Origin: Eledone cirrhosa
Taxonomy: Eukaryota
Length of the DNA stretch: 64,000 bases
Reading direction: 5' to 3'
NCBI GenBank assembly: GCA_964016885.1
Contig: OZ024745.1
Coordinates: forward strand, 128,216,001 to 128,280,000
Shown: one piece after another, positions 1-13,416 of the stretch
How the letters are laid out: each line of letters starts with the position of its first letter
How positions within the stretch are numbered: position 1 is the stretch's first letter
Translations under genes and position numbers: made by a program
Notes under the pieces: model-generated
Seen by the model: only the letters and a program-made list of their open reading frames with translations
The model's database searches: none
Told to the model about the DNA's origin: nothing

Positions 1-25
1 ACAGCACAACACGCTATTTTTCATT

Positions 26-69
<44 letters not shown>

Positions 70-544
70 TATACATACATATATCTGCATATATATATAT
101 ATATGAATATATAGTATAAATATAAATATAAATATATACATACATATATATGCATATATATATATATATATATATATAGGGAGAGGGGGGGGGGTGAAAG
201 AGAAAGAAAGAGAAAGAGAGGTGGAAGAGAATGTAATCAAACAGCTTGGACTCATCAACTCTATTTTCTATCTAAGTGTCTATAATAGACACGTTAATGA
301 TGAGTGTTCGATAACAGCGACCAAAGAGAAAAGAGAAATATATATTTATTCACTCAGTCATTGATCGAATCATTTATTTATTTGTCTATTTTTGCTCCAT
401 TCAATATATATATCTTGATTGGTTGCCTCGCACATTTCTATGTGGATATCCTCCTGTTGTTTCTTTTTGCTTTCGGTTCATTCTCTTTGATTATATATTG
501 GCGAGAAAAACAAAATCAACCATTCACCATATAGCCCGTCTCTG

Positions 545-621
<77 letters not shown>

Positions 622-660
622 ATATATACATATACATCGATATATATATATATGTATGTT

Positions 661-695
<35 letters not shown>

Positions 696-732
696 GTAAA
701 TATATATATGTATATATATGTATATATATATG

Positions 733-764
<32 letters not shown>

Positions 765-766
765 TA

Positions 767-802
<36 letters not shown>

Positions 803-1879
803 AAATGCGAACGTTTGCCAAACGGCAACAATAGCTCCAAAGGAAAAAAAAAATGAAGTATAACATTTCTATAAAGGAGTTATCGGTGGTGTCTAATATA
901 ATAGAGAGGTGATCGAAGTTTTTAGAATGACGGACGAAACAATTAGCAATGTTAAAAAGAAAGAGAAAGAGATAAGAGGAGAAAGAGAGAGATTTGTAAT
1001 ATATATATAGAGAGAGAAAACAAAGAGATAAAGGTGGAACCGGAAGTGTGGAAATATAGAACGTACACACTAATCTATTTCTCATCGTTTATTCGTTTTT
1101 GCTTCCTTTTACGGATTTCATTTATTGGACTGTGGCCATGCTAGAACAAGGCGCTCTAAATCACCCCCGCTACTTATTTCAATCTAGTACTGTGTTTTAT
1201 CTTCGTCACTTTGAGGAATGAACAAGAGTTTTTGTTGTTCTCTGTCATGAAGTGGCGTAAATGGACGTACTATAGAGTAGAATACAGAAATCCACACGCA
1301 CACACATACACATATACACAGTCACACACACGCATACACACACAACACACACATATATATATATATATATAAATTCTTTAATAAACTGGGAGCTGTGTGC
1401 ACGCGTGTATTTGCGTGTGTGTGTCCATGCGTTTGTGTTTGTGTGTGTGTGTGTTTGTGTGTGTGTGTCCATGCGTTTGTGTGTGTGTGTGTGTCCATGC
1501 GTTTGTGTGTTTGTGTGTGTGTGTGTGTGCATGCGTTTGTGTGTGTGTGTGTGCGCGCGTGTGGCGTATAAACACACTACAGTAATTACAAAAGTATGAG
1601 AACACAAATAAGCATGAAAAAATAACATCAGTTCCAAACCGGAACTAGACTGAACCCCTTTGATATCACAATAGTACTCTCCTGAATATAGATTAATAAG
1701 CACAATACCATATTACTGAAATTGACAGAGTAGACACGCTTGGGATCATCTTGGTACCGTTCAATACTAATCCTACTTTGTTTATTTAGCTGCTTCGGAT
1801 ATTTTTCACGAATTACAAGTGGTACTGCTACGTCAGAATGAATATCACTAGTATCAATAATAGTTTTTTAAAAATCTGT

Positions 1880-2243
1880 TTCAAGCCAGGAAATTCATCA
1901 TGCCTCTGATTATCCGAATTTCCGTGGCGTGAAGCGACAGAGATTACAAGACTTCCCCTGGACAGGACGCCAGTCTATCGCAGGGTTAAAGTCTGTCTCA
2001 AGCCAGGAGGTTCATCAGGTCGATACTTATTCCGGTTTCCGTGGCGTGAAGCGACAGAGATTAGAAGATTCACCCTGGACAGGACCACAGTCCATCGCAA
2101 TTTTAACCGCCACCAGATATTGCTGGTACTCGTTTACAGCTGAGTATACTGGAGCAATGTGAAATGAAGTGTTTTGCTCCAGAATACAACACACAACCCA
2201 GTCCTTGTAATCGTACGCCCAACACCCTTACCACTAGGCCACG
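1880..2243 (-). mobile_element. tRNA-derived SINE with V-domain-like centre; 3' ~117 bp tandemly duplicated
   Basis: Minus strand begins cgtggcctagtggtaagggtg (A-box-like) and contains gcgatggactgtggtcctgtccaggg (V-SINE-like). The block tcaagccagga...cctggacaggac occurs twice (1881, 1998). Confidence 0.7.
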
Positions 2244-2616
2244 TGTCTCACATTAATAATTGTAACTTCATGTTATTAAATGAAGTTGGACAATATAAAC
2301 ACGAAAATAATTTAGTTATAACAATGCAACTGTCCCATTTATGTTGCACTTAATTTGTACTGTGGCGGCGTTCATACGGAGTAGTTCAGCCGGCTCCATC
2401 GAAAGAAGCCATGCTGTAAGTTCACTTCAATACAGTTTCTTCGGGTGATTGGTTTCACAAGCGGCATCCAGCCGCAATTATATTCACTTTAAGAGAGTGC
2501 AATTCAAATATTTTAACGGTTAAAGCGCTGAGCTCTTGCTTTCACACCCATCCCAATTTGGAAGAGACAGTATCGCGACATGGACGCACGGGAGAGAGTT
2601 TAGTCGGGAGAGGTGA

Positions 2617-2872
2617 TAAACACAACTTATTTGAGCCATTTCGTAGGCCAGCAGGAGCTCACCCTCTGCCCAGCTCAGGCATACTGACGCTTGGCAACAG
2701 TGATTAACACAACCTATTTGAGTCATTTCGTAGGCCAGTAGAAGGTCATCCTCTGCCCAGCTCAGGCATACTGACCCTTGGCAACAGTAATTAACACATC
2801 CTATTTGAGCTATTTTGAAGGCCAGCAAGAGCTTACCCCACTGCCAAGCTCAGGCACACCGAACCTCGGTAC
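2617..2872. repeat. 87-bp tandem repeat, ~3 copies
   Basis: aacaca..tatttgag recurs at 2619, 2706 and 2793. Confidence 0.9.
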
Positions 2873-3442
2873 ATTTATAACACTCACTTCTAATATTGTT
2901 TATTATATAACATTATAGGCTGCTTCGTTCATAATATCCTTTTAGAATATTACAAAATACTGACAAATTCCATAAAGTAATGCGAAAAAAATTGATGATG
3001 CAAGATATTCTTTTAACACGAACTGATAACTGCCGATGGAAGCTCCAAAATAAAAGCAACTATCTGACTGATTCTATCAAGTAATCAACAACCTTAATGA
3101 GGAAAACAGCATAATTTTCCACCAAATATTCCCCAGGAGTTATTCTCTATAATTTGTTTTAATCTAGATTACGTCATTATCCATATTCAACCATGTAAAT
3201 TGATAATGAATCAGCTACTATCAGTCAAGTGGGACATCAGATTCTCTGCTTTCAAACATGTATTGGAATTTTTATTTCCACCCCCATCTCCATATTTTTC
3301 TAACACACACATACATACACACACTCACGCACATATACATACACACAAACACACATACATACACACAAACACACGCATAAACACACACACTCATACACAC
3401 AAGCACACACACACATATATATACATATATATTTATACTGTA

Positions 3443-3559
<117 letters not shown>

Positions 3560-3570
3560 TTAACATAAAA

Positions 3571-3735
3571 ATGGCTTCTACAGGACTAGAGCTTTTTCAT
3601 TCGGGAAAAATCATCAGTAAGCTCTGATGATTTCTCCCGAATTAAACAGTTCTAGTCCTGTAGAAGCCATATACTGTGCTACGTATTGAGTACCTTACTT
3701 ACTGTGGTTACCCCCGATTGAACCCGGGATAAACC
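3571..3735 (+). mobile_element. Fold-back Penelope-like end with degenerate hammerhead core
   Basis: tggcttctacaggactag...atcatcag is inverted as ctgatgat...ctagtcctgtagaagcca. A related copy lies at 9495-9635. Flanked by microsatellite. Confidence 0.55.
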
Positions 3736-3768
3736 TATATATATGTATATATATATATTTAAAATTTA

Positions 3769-3900
3769 AAAGGTAAACAGAAATAAAAACACAATCGGTA
3801 CAGTATATGGAAGGAATATATTAGGTTAACGCTTGAAAAAGCAGGAAGAGGGTCTTAATGTTTCGGACGCTAGTCCTTCGTCAAAAGAAAGAATGAGAAA
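3769..3900 (-). mobile_element. Penelope-like 3' end with minimal hammerhead (second copy at 34910-35042, +)
   Basis: Minus strand tctt-TTGACGA-aggactagcgtcc-GAAAC-att-aaga. Homologous over ~130 bp to 34910-35042. Confidence 0.65.
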
Positions 3901-4173
3901 TCAGATAGATTGAAGGGATGAGCTGGATGCAATTGGAAAAAATCATATATATATTATATACGTACATATGTACGTATATACATACATGCATACATAAATT
4001 AATAAATAAATACATACATACATGCATACATACATATATATGTGTGTGTGTGTAAGTTACGTGTGTATTCGAGTCCCGTCATTTTGATTGTACTCGGAAT
4101 TGATCGATATTTAATCAATTGAAATATGCCAATAAAGTATGTACTTATGCAACAACACTGACTTTACTTACCT

Positions 4174-4222
<49 letters not shown>

Positions 4223-4260
4223 ATATATATATACATATATATATATAATTCAGCCACACT

Positions 4261-4388
4261 GTATCGACCCCATAAGGATGAAAGGCAAAATTTACCTTGG
4301 CGGGATTTGAACTTAGACCGTAAAGGGCCGTAACTCTATGCTACAAAGCATGGTGTCTGACTCTCTTCCAATAGTGCCAATCTACCCC
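4261..4388 (-). mobile_element. Main tRNA-SINE, partial
   Basis: Matches the family core tcgaccccgtaaggatgaaaggcaaa...gggatttgaact. Confidence 0.85.
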
Positions 4389-4439
4389 AATAACAACTGA
4401 AAAATATTATTTATCTTGGATGCCTGTCGTACGTATTAT

Positions 4440-5215
4440 ACAGCCATATAGAGGAAGAAAATGGTAAATCCTAGTTTAAAGTGATGCCTTTGGTAGATTA
4501 AACGATATCATGAAAATATTCCACAATAGATGAAGTGCAGAATGTTTGACAAATGTATCATGCCGCCATTGACGTATGGAGCAGAAACATGGTCGCTGTC
4601 TAACAAACATGGAAGAGAAGCTTAGAAAAACAAAATAAAATATGGAACGCTGCGTGTTCGGGATCACTTAAACAGACATGAGAACTTACTAATGGATAGA
4701 AGAGACAGAATACTTACAAGACATCATAAAATATGTTAAGAAGAAAAAATAGTAGTCGGCAGGATTGTGATATTAAGAAATGAATACAGATAGACGATAC
4801 TTTGCAGAATACGTAATGGCGGTGAATTGGCAGTATCGGTACAGGGGGGGGGGGGGGGCATGCTTTCCAGCATAGTTACGTCCCTTTACAGTCTGAGTTC
4901 AATTCCCGTCGAGGTTAACTTTGCCTTTCATCCTTACGGGGGTCGATAAAATAAAGTACCAGTAATGTACTGGGTATTTGCTGGCCTTGTCCCTAAAAGT
5001 AGAAACAATTATTTATTCAAAGTAATCCAACTTATTTTACAAAAGTAGAAACAACTGTGTAGAATACGTAGACCGAAGGGGAAAGATTGACATAGTCGGG
5101 GAAAAGAGGGGACATCCTGGAAGTATGAGGTAGATAGGTTTACAGACGCTAAAGGCAGGAAAACGGCACAGAACAGGAAACATTGACACCGTCTTCAGAA
5201 GGTCTTTACCTTATA
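4440..5215 (+). pseudogene. Decayed RTE-clade LINE, RT C-terminal region, interrupted by a SINE
   Basis: Translates as AFGRLNDIMK..MFDKCIMPPLTYGAETWSL..MERCVFGIT, with stops and frameshifts. Confidence 0.8.
4817..5012 (+). mobile_element. Main tRNA-SINE (short-tail form)
   Basis: ggcggtgaattggcagtatcgg head, gagttcaattccc B-box, core gcctttcatccttacgggggtcgataaaataaagtaccag. Confidence 0.9.
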
Positions 5216-5250
5216 AAATGATAATTATTATACCTTCTAACAAGCTGTTT

Positions 5251-5315
5251 CCGGCGATATTTTCAATTCATAGTCATTGTGTATTTCTGATTCATATTTA
5301 TATATATATATATGT

Positions 5316-5368
<53 letters not shown>

Positions 5369-5504
5369 ACGCTACATATATATATATATACATACGGACA
5401 CACATACGCTCACACACACTCACGCACACACACTCACGCCCGGCGATATTTTCAATTCATAGTCATTGTGTATTTCTGATTCATATTTATATATATATAT
5501 ATGT

Positions 5505-5567
<63 letters not shown>

Positions 5568-5640
5568 ACGCTACATATATATATATATATACATACGGAC
5601 ACACATACGCTCACACACACTCACGCACACACACTCACGC
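5251..5640. repeat. ~190-bp direct tandem duplication
   Basis: ccggcgatattttcaattcatagtc...gcacacacactcacg starts at 5251 and again at 5440. Confidence 0.9.
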
Positions 5641-5658
5641 GCACACACACAAACACAT

Positions 5659-5721
<63 letters not shown>

Positions 5722-5723
<2 letters not shown>

Positions 5724-5945
5724 GAAAATGTTTGACACCGACGGCAGAGCTCGAGCCGTTTCGACGGCTATTTCTGGACGCAGAAATAGCCAGCAATAAC
5801 CCAGTACATTACTGGTACTTTATTTTATCGACCCCGTAAGGATGAAAGGCGAAGTTATAGTCCAGAAATAGCCGTCGAAACCGCTTGATCTCTGCCGTCG
5901 GGGTCTTGAATATTTTCCTATTGCCCACTCTACTACTCTAAGTAG
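5722..5945 (+). mobile_element. Fold-back family C, with a SINE fragment (5790-5858) in the loop
   Basis: Arms ccgacggcagag..tttcgacggctatttctgga / tccagaaatagccgtcgaaa..ctctgccgtcgg. Follows (TA)n. Confidence 0.8.
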
Positions 5946-5949
5946 TTGC

Positions 5950-6280
5950 ATCTGGTTGCTTACCACTGGTGTGGGTTGCTTAAAGCGTGCGTAAGCGGTA
6001 GGCCGTTTGAGTACTCGATGCTCTTACAGAGCAGAGTATGATATCACATAAGAAACGGAGAATCAGTGGTGCGACGAATAACATTTATTAGACATATTAC
6101 AATCGTTCCACTTGGAAACTCAGCTTCGTAGAATCGTGACGCATCTGAGGACCTTGCGATTTCAGAGTCAGGTTCGATCATTACATCGATTGTGCCTCAA
6201 GCTGGTCGCCAGAGAAACGATTGTTATATGTCTAATAAATTGCATTCGTCACACAATGATTCTCTGTTACTTATGTGATA
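5950..6280. mobile_element. Fold-back family B with long-stem-II hammerhead (6138-6232, +)
   Basis: gacgcat-CTGAGGA-...-GAAAC-gatt-GTT-atatgtc. Homologous to 38233-38640. Confidence 0.7.
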
Positions 6281-6694
6281 TATATATATATATATATTTA
6301 TATATAAACCTATTTATATATGTGTATATACATAGTTATAATTTCATATACGTATTTTTCTGAATAAGCAAAAAGTTACACACGTGGGCACCATTAGGAG
6401 TAAACATTTATTGTATGTATACATCTCTCTCACACTCTTTCTCTCTCTCTCTCTCTCTCTCGCTCCCTCTCTCTCTCTCTCTCTCTCTAATTCTCTCTCT
6501 CTCTCTCCCTCTCTCTCTGTCTCTCGCTGCCTCTCTCTCTCATTCTCCATCTCTCTCTCTGTCTCTCTCTGTCTCTCTCTGTCTCTCTCTCTTTCATTCT
6601 CTCTCTCTCTATCTATCTATCTATCTCTCTCTCTCTCTCTCTCTCTCTATGCCTCTCTCTCTCATTCTCTCTCTCTCTCTCTCTCCCTCTCACT

Positions 6695-6731
<37 letters not shown>

Positions 6732-6801
6732 AATCTTAGACAGGAACAAAAACAGAGAGGCAGTACAAATATGAGTTTATTAGGTTCACGCTTTTGAGAG
6801 T

Positions 6802-6909
<108 letters not shown>

Positions 6910-6972
6910 TACAAATATGTATATATATTTATATGCATATATATGTATATACATACATATATATATATATAA

Positions 6973-7003
<31 letters not shown>

Positions 7004-7100
7004 AACACATATACATATATATGTATGTGTGTGAACCTGTGTAATTTTATACGGTTGTGTGTTAGCGCACACATTGATAACCACATACAATGTGAGCACG

Positions 7101-7134
<34 letters not shown>

Positions 7135-8371
7135 CACAGCTTTTGTTTTAGTGCAATGTAATTGACAACCTGGGAATACATAAACGACCAAACTTTCCAC
7201 TGTCGACTGAATCTATGGTCTCCAGTGATGTCGGGTCGACGAGTGAAGTTCAGGGAATCTCCAGAGACACACAAGCTATATAAACATATATAGCCAGAGA
7301 CACATAAAGACATTAACACAAAAACATACGTTCGCATGCACAGATATTGTATTTAATACAAGATGCTGTTCTAGTTTCATTATTTGTTGTTTTTTTTAAA
7401 TATATTTGTATTTGTTCTTTGCAGTTTGTTCGGGCCAATAAAGGGCTTAAAACTACCATTAATGTTTCTAGGCTGTCATCAATCGACTATTTGTAATCAG
7501 TAGAATCTTATCAATACGCTGACGAGTATGCGTATATGTGCGTGCGTGTTAGTATGTGTATATGTGCGTGCGTGTTAGTATGTGTATATGCATACATTTA
7601 TATGTATGAGTATATAAATATAAACGTGTAAACACAGCAGATAAACTTACAAAAATACACACTCACAGACATACAAACACACACATACACACACAAACAT
7701 TCACATAAATACACACATACATTTACACAAACACACTGTACACATACACCCACACACAGCATAGTTTTTGTCACCATCCCCTTCCTTCCTTTTACACACA
7801 CATACATTCATGCAGGCAGCACAAGTAACGAGAGAGGAGTAGTATGAAGTAGACAAGCTACTCCTCTCTCTTTACGCGTTGTGACAGAATCGCAGAAATT
7901 TATACATAGATACCACAACACGATGCTAAATCAACCAATCAGAAAACTTACACTGATCACAAAGAAACATAATCACTTGACTAACGTTGTACGAATGTAA
8001 GGGGCCATCTTTAAATTCGGTGTACCTGCTACAGTAGCAACATACAACAATACCAATCCACCGTCAATACGAAACTGAAGTTTTAAAAACTGTAAGAAAT
8101 TGATACAAAAATACTTAAAACCCAACTTCATAAATTGATAAAAATAGAGCACATTTGCATATGTCATGCTCGTGGTTGCTACTAGTTACATTACAATTTG
8201 TTATGAGTTCGAATCACTGGTTGTTTTGGAGTAGCTCAAGCTAAGTGTTGACATCTATATTAAGCAGGGACAAACATACCCTAGAAAGTGTCGGAGTGCG
8301 TAATAACACATCTTTGGGAGTGGTGGTCACTTAGTTCTTGTCTATGAGATGGAAAAATTCATATTCAAAAC

Positions 8372-8402
<31 letters not shown>

Positions 8403-8750
8403 CTTCTTCTTCTTCTTCTTCTTCTTCTTCTTCTTCTTCTTCTGCTTCCTGCGAGGGCCGTGGGTGCACAGTCATCAGGCAAGCAGGTCCTGTCAGCAGT
8501 AACTGTCTCCCACTGATCTGGTTAGATCCCCAAGCGAGACCAGTCAAGTTCATGGATGTTATCCAATCCTCTTGCTGTCTAGAGATTTTTTTTTTCCTGG
8601 GACATTCTAACCACATGCCCATAGTATCGGAGCTGTGATCTCAAAATTCGGAAATGCAGCTGCTCTACCTGGAGTGACTCACTCTGTCGAGTAACGTCAC
8701 TCCGAAACCCTTCGCAGGAACCCCATTTCGGCCAATTATATTTGTCATAG
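8372..8750 (-). mobile_element. 5'-truncated RTE-type LINE with (GAA)n tail and 10-bp TSD
   Basis: Minus strand encodes GHVVRMSQEKK. (CTT)n at 8373-8442. TSD tattcaaaac at 8362 and 8751. Confidence 0.75.
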
Positions 8751-9494
8751 TATTCAAAACCCTAATCTTGAAAATCTAGAATATATATAACGAATTTACC
8801 ACCATGTCCTAGAAATGCTATTTCTGGCGGGTAAAACCTCTGACTAGAAAACAAATTGGTTTGCTCTTATACATAGTAAAATATATGTTTGTATGTACGT
8901 ATATAAGTATGTATGTATTATGTATGTTTGTATGTATGTATGTATGTATATATGCATACATGCATGCTGGCATGCACGCATCTATGTATGTATGTATGTA
9001 TAATCATGTACAGCGTGCGACTCAGTCCTGATGATATCTATAACATATTTTGACACTTGTGGACACATATAATTTTACATATTTTATCAAATAAACAATT
9101 ACTCATATTGCTTTTAAAAAATTATAGTCCATAGCTAGATATATATATAGGTTCATTCTGTGACACACTGACATACACACAAACACACACCTACACGCAT
9201 ACAGCAAACATACAGTGATATTCACATGTAAAAGCATACATTCCCCCATCAGATACAGAGTTACTTAATTATTTCCTCGTGCGGGTGAGTACATGTGAGG
9301 GAAAACGAAATATTGTTTGGCGACTAATAACTCTGCATGTAATGTGCATATGTTTATGTATGCATGTACACACACACACACACACATACACACACACACA
9401 TATATATATATAAATATATATGTGTGCATGCTTCTCCCACCTCTCTCTCTTTTTATATTTATATATATATATATTATATATAGAGAGAGAAAAA

Positions 9495-9632
9495 ATAGTT
9501 TCTACAGGACTAGAACTGTTTCATTCGAAGGAAATCATGAGGACAGCCCTGCTTTCTATATTAAATATTGTATATACTCTACTCTGTATTGAGTACCTTA
9601 CTTACTGTGGCTACCCCTCGATTGAACCCGAG

Positions 9633-9635
<3 letters not shown>
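9495..9635. mobile_element. Second copy of the 3571 family
   Basis: Shares ttctacaggactaga... and gtattgagtaccttacttactgtgg.tacccc.gattgaacccg. Confidence 0.75.
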
Positions 9636-9683
<48 letters not shown>

Positions 9684-9780
9684 AATATCTTTTCCTTTGA
9701 GCACATAATTTACAGGGAATAACGCGAGTCTATGGCTCCGTTAATTTATCTTGATATATATATATATATGTATATATATG

Positions 9781-9887
<107 letters not shown>

Positions 9888-9949
9888 TAATATTTAAGGA
9901 AATACAACATATTAGGCTTCCTGTCATTTCACTTTATATTATATTATTC

Positions 9950-10030
9950 AAATCCCGCCGGGGTCGATAAAATAAAGTACCAGTAATACACTGGATAATT
10001 GCTGGCCTTGTGCCAAAAGTAGAAACATTT
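9950..10030 (+). mobile_element. Main SINE fragment
   Basis: ttcaaatcccgcc..gggtcgataaaataaagtaccag..gctggccttgtgcc. Confidence 0.8.
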
Positions 10031-10034
10031 ATAT

Positions 10035-10067
<33 letters not shown>

Positions 10068-11012
10068 ATAGCTATGTATAAATATGTGTTAGTGCCTGTG
10101 GCTGTGTATGTGTGTGTGTGTATAAGTGTGCGTGTGTCTGTGTCTCTTCTAGATATATCTATCTTCAGATCCCAGTATTTACGAATATATATTTACTTAT
10201 ACTCATGTCACGCTTTGATATTGCGTAGATTCAGATCTCCGATCGTATTCTTCCGTTCATTACCCAAGATTCACGGCCATGAGGAAAGCTTGGAAGGAAT
10301 ACCACAGTGAAAACAGCGAGTTTGGCTTATAAACATCCATCCTTTCTTCTGATGATTGAATCCGAAACTGGTGCACTATTGCACCATCTCCAGCACTTCC
10401 ATCACCCCATCCCGGGATACTTGAACTTTTCCAACTCTAGGTTAATTTCAATAGAATTATAACTTTTTAATCGTTGGTTATTTTCTTTAAATTAATTTTA
10501 ATCTTAATTCCTTTCGATATTTATACGCCTTCCTTTTATAATTTAGATTGATAGTTATTTCGTTTAAATGTCTTATATTTATTTCCTTTATGCAAGTCTA
10601 TTTAATAATTTATTTCAACTCTTATCAGAATATTTAAGGATATTTTTAGTCAGTAATTTTATAATTAAACATGTATTGTTTAATAATTTATCTAGGTTAA
10701 TTTAAGTAATTTTTAACTTTATTAAGAATTCTAATTGTAATTGTTATGTGTATTCGGTTTTACTTCCTTTTACTCCTTTTGTGTTTTTCTTGATTTGACT
10801 TTGGTGTATACGTCTAATGGCTTTAATAAATATATTAAGTTCACGCTGATGAAGTAGGTTCTGGGGAGGAACGGTGATTGCATGGATTTGGGTTCGTTGG
10901 GGAGTATAGAGTTTTAGCTTTTTAGGTTAAATTAACCAGTAAATCTGGGGTTTGGGTCTGGTTAGTTTAGATTATTAAGCAATGGTGTCGTAGTCCCCAC
11001 AAATATTAAGTG

Positions 11013-11215
11013 TATCTGATTTAGGCACAAGACCAACAAGGGAAAGTCGATTAAATCGACCCCAGTGCATTCCTGGGACTTTATTTTATATACCCCGTAA
11101 GGATGAAAAGCAAAGCTAACCCCCAGCGGGATCTGAAATCAGAATGTGAAGTACCGTAACTATATGTGCAAGGCATGTTGTCCGACGCTCTACCGATACT
11201 GCCAATTCACTGCCC
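11013..11215 (-). mobile_element. Main tRNA-SINE
   Basis: Reverse match to the family consensus. Confidence 0.85.
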
Positions 11216-11444
11216 TAAAATAATTATTAGCATTGTTTATTATCATTATACAGAAAATTTACGTCATATAGTTACGGCCCTTTACGTTCCGAATTCACAT
11301 CCCTTCTAAACTTAGCGTGTTTTCATTTAATGAGAAGAATCCAAATATTCCACGACAGTGGAAGAATCCTTCCCTAAGGGGAGGAAGGTGGGTGCAGAAG
11401 GAACGTCGTAACATTGTATATACTGCATGTCATTATTTTCATAT

Positions 11445-12220
11445 GGATTGGCAGTGTTGGTAGAGTATCAGACACCAGGCTTTGCAGCATAGTGTTATGT
11501 CCCTTTACGTTCTGATTCAAATCCCGCCGAGGTTAACTTTGCTTTTCATCCTTACGGGGTCGATAAAATAAAGTACCAGTAATACACTGAGATAATTGCT
11601 GACCTTGTGCCAAAAGTAGAAACAATTATTTTCATAGATTAAGGACGGTGGATTGGCAGAATCGGTAGAGCGTCTGACACCATACTTCGCATCATAGAGT
11701 TAGGACCATTTACGTTCTGAGTTCAAATCCCGTCGAGGTTAGCTTTGCCTTTCATCCTTACGAGGTCGATAACATATAGTACCAGTAATGCACTGGGCTC
11801 GATTTAATCAACTTTCCCCTTCCCCCCCCCCTCCAATAAAAAAGTGCTGACCTTGTGTCTATATAAGAAACCATTATTTTCATACATTAAGGGCGGTAGA
11901 ACGTCAGACACCATGCTTTGCAGCATAGAGTTATGGCCCTTTACGGTATGAGTTCAAATCCCGCCGAGGTTAGCTTTGACTTATATTCTTACGAGGTCGA
12001 TAAAATGAAACACCAGAAATGAACTGTGGTCGATTTAATCGACTTTCCCTTCCTCCAAAATTGCTGGCCTTGTGCCTATAGTAGAAATAATTATTTTCAT
12101 AGATTGACAGAATCGTTAGAGCGTCGAATAAAATGCGTTGTGATATTTGTTCCAGCTCACTGCGTTCTGTGTTCACATGCCGACGATGTCTAATTTTGCT
12201 TTCATCCTTTCGGGGTTTAT
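11445..12220 (+). mobile_element. Head-to-tail cluster of 4 main SINE copies
   Basis: Copies start near 11445, 11642, 11891 and 12103. Each is separated by attattttcata(g/c)att. Confidence 0.9.
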
Positions 12221-12991
12221 CAAGAAACCCCTAGCTTAGTGCTGGCAGAGCTATCACTATCTTCAGCAGCCATAGCCTACGTGTTCCGCTAGGCCAAGCG
12301 TGAGAGAATGTCTGTGTCTTCTAGCGACACGTAAAATCATTAGCAAAAACATAGTACATGTTATCAAGTCATATTCGAGTGACAGTAATGTCAGTGGTTT
12401 CTTCGTAATGAAGTTTTTGTTCTGTTTATTTATTTATTTTTTTTGTTTCTTTTGTTTTTTTTGTCTAGTAGGTTTTTCTTCAGTAACTGCCGTGGCTTCT
12501 TCTCTTTTCTTTTTACTCATACGTACAAACTGATACACATATATTGACCAATATATACACATACATGAATATACACATAGTTTAATGCTGATGACGATGC
12601 ATCTGATGTTGATGTTGATGATGATGATGATGAAGAAGACAACGATAAAAACCTGAATCCCGGAATATCGTTGCTGCCCCATCCTCCTGCACTACTTTAC
12701 TAGGCATATGCTCATACCAATTCTCTATTTCTTGGTAATGGTATTTACCACATAACAGCCAATGAATGTACGAACAGACTTTATTATGGCGAAGCTTGTA
12801 TTCTTTTTGCGCAAGGCTCTCACATTCACTTATCAAGTGGTTTATATTTTCCACATTCTTCCCACAGAGCCTGCATTTCTGGGTGTCAGACATTGTGTAG
12901 ATGTTATACTTCTCTGAATTGGTAAGAAGAGCTTGGACTTTCGCTACAATTATAAGGCTTTCAATGGCGCGTCTCAAATCGACTTCCTTAA

Positions 12992-13416
12992 CCCTCTAGC
13001 ATTTACATTACTTTATATTTACTATTGCATTTTTAAGGTAAACACTTTATTTCACATAATTATCTCAAATAATTGTTTCTACATATGGCACAAGGCCAGC
13101 AAATACCCAGTGCATTACTGGTACTTTATTTTATCGACCCCGTAAGGATGAAAGGCGAAGTTAACCTTGGCGGGATTTGAACTCAGAATGGAAAGGGGCG
13201 TAACTCTATGCGTCAAAGCATGGCGACCGACCCTCTACCGATACTGCCAATCCACTGCCCTCAATTATCTCAAATAATATCGAATCTATGAAATTTTGAT
13301 ATTATTTATTTTGAGAAAAATACCTTAACATAAGTATGAGCAGGCGGTTGGGACCATTTGAACAGAAAGAGGTGAGAGAATTCTGACCGGATACGGCCTG
13401 TTTAAATGATAAAGGG
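12992..13416. mobile_element. piggyBac-type MITE
   Basis: TTAA-ccctctagcattta ... taaatgataaaggg-TTAA. Confidence 0.85.
13074..13262 (-). mobile_element. Main tRNA-SINE with 16-bp TSD, inside the MITE
   Basis: TSD aattatctcaaataat at 13058 and 13263. Confidence 0.9.

Noticed and set aside
4817-5012. tRNA genes at SINE heads
   Set aside because: A/B boxes are present but there is no full cloverleaf, and they are always fused to the SINE body.
7423-7530. Exon after a strong ttgttctttgcAG acceptor
   Set aside because: All three frames stop before a convincing donor.
10343-10375. ctgatga-ttgaatcc-gaaac hammerhead-like string
   Set aside because: Stems I and II do not pair.
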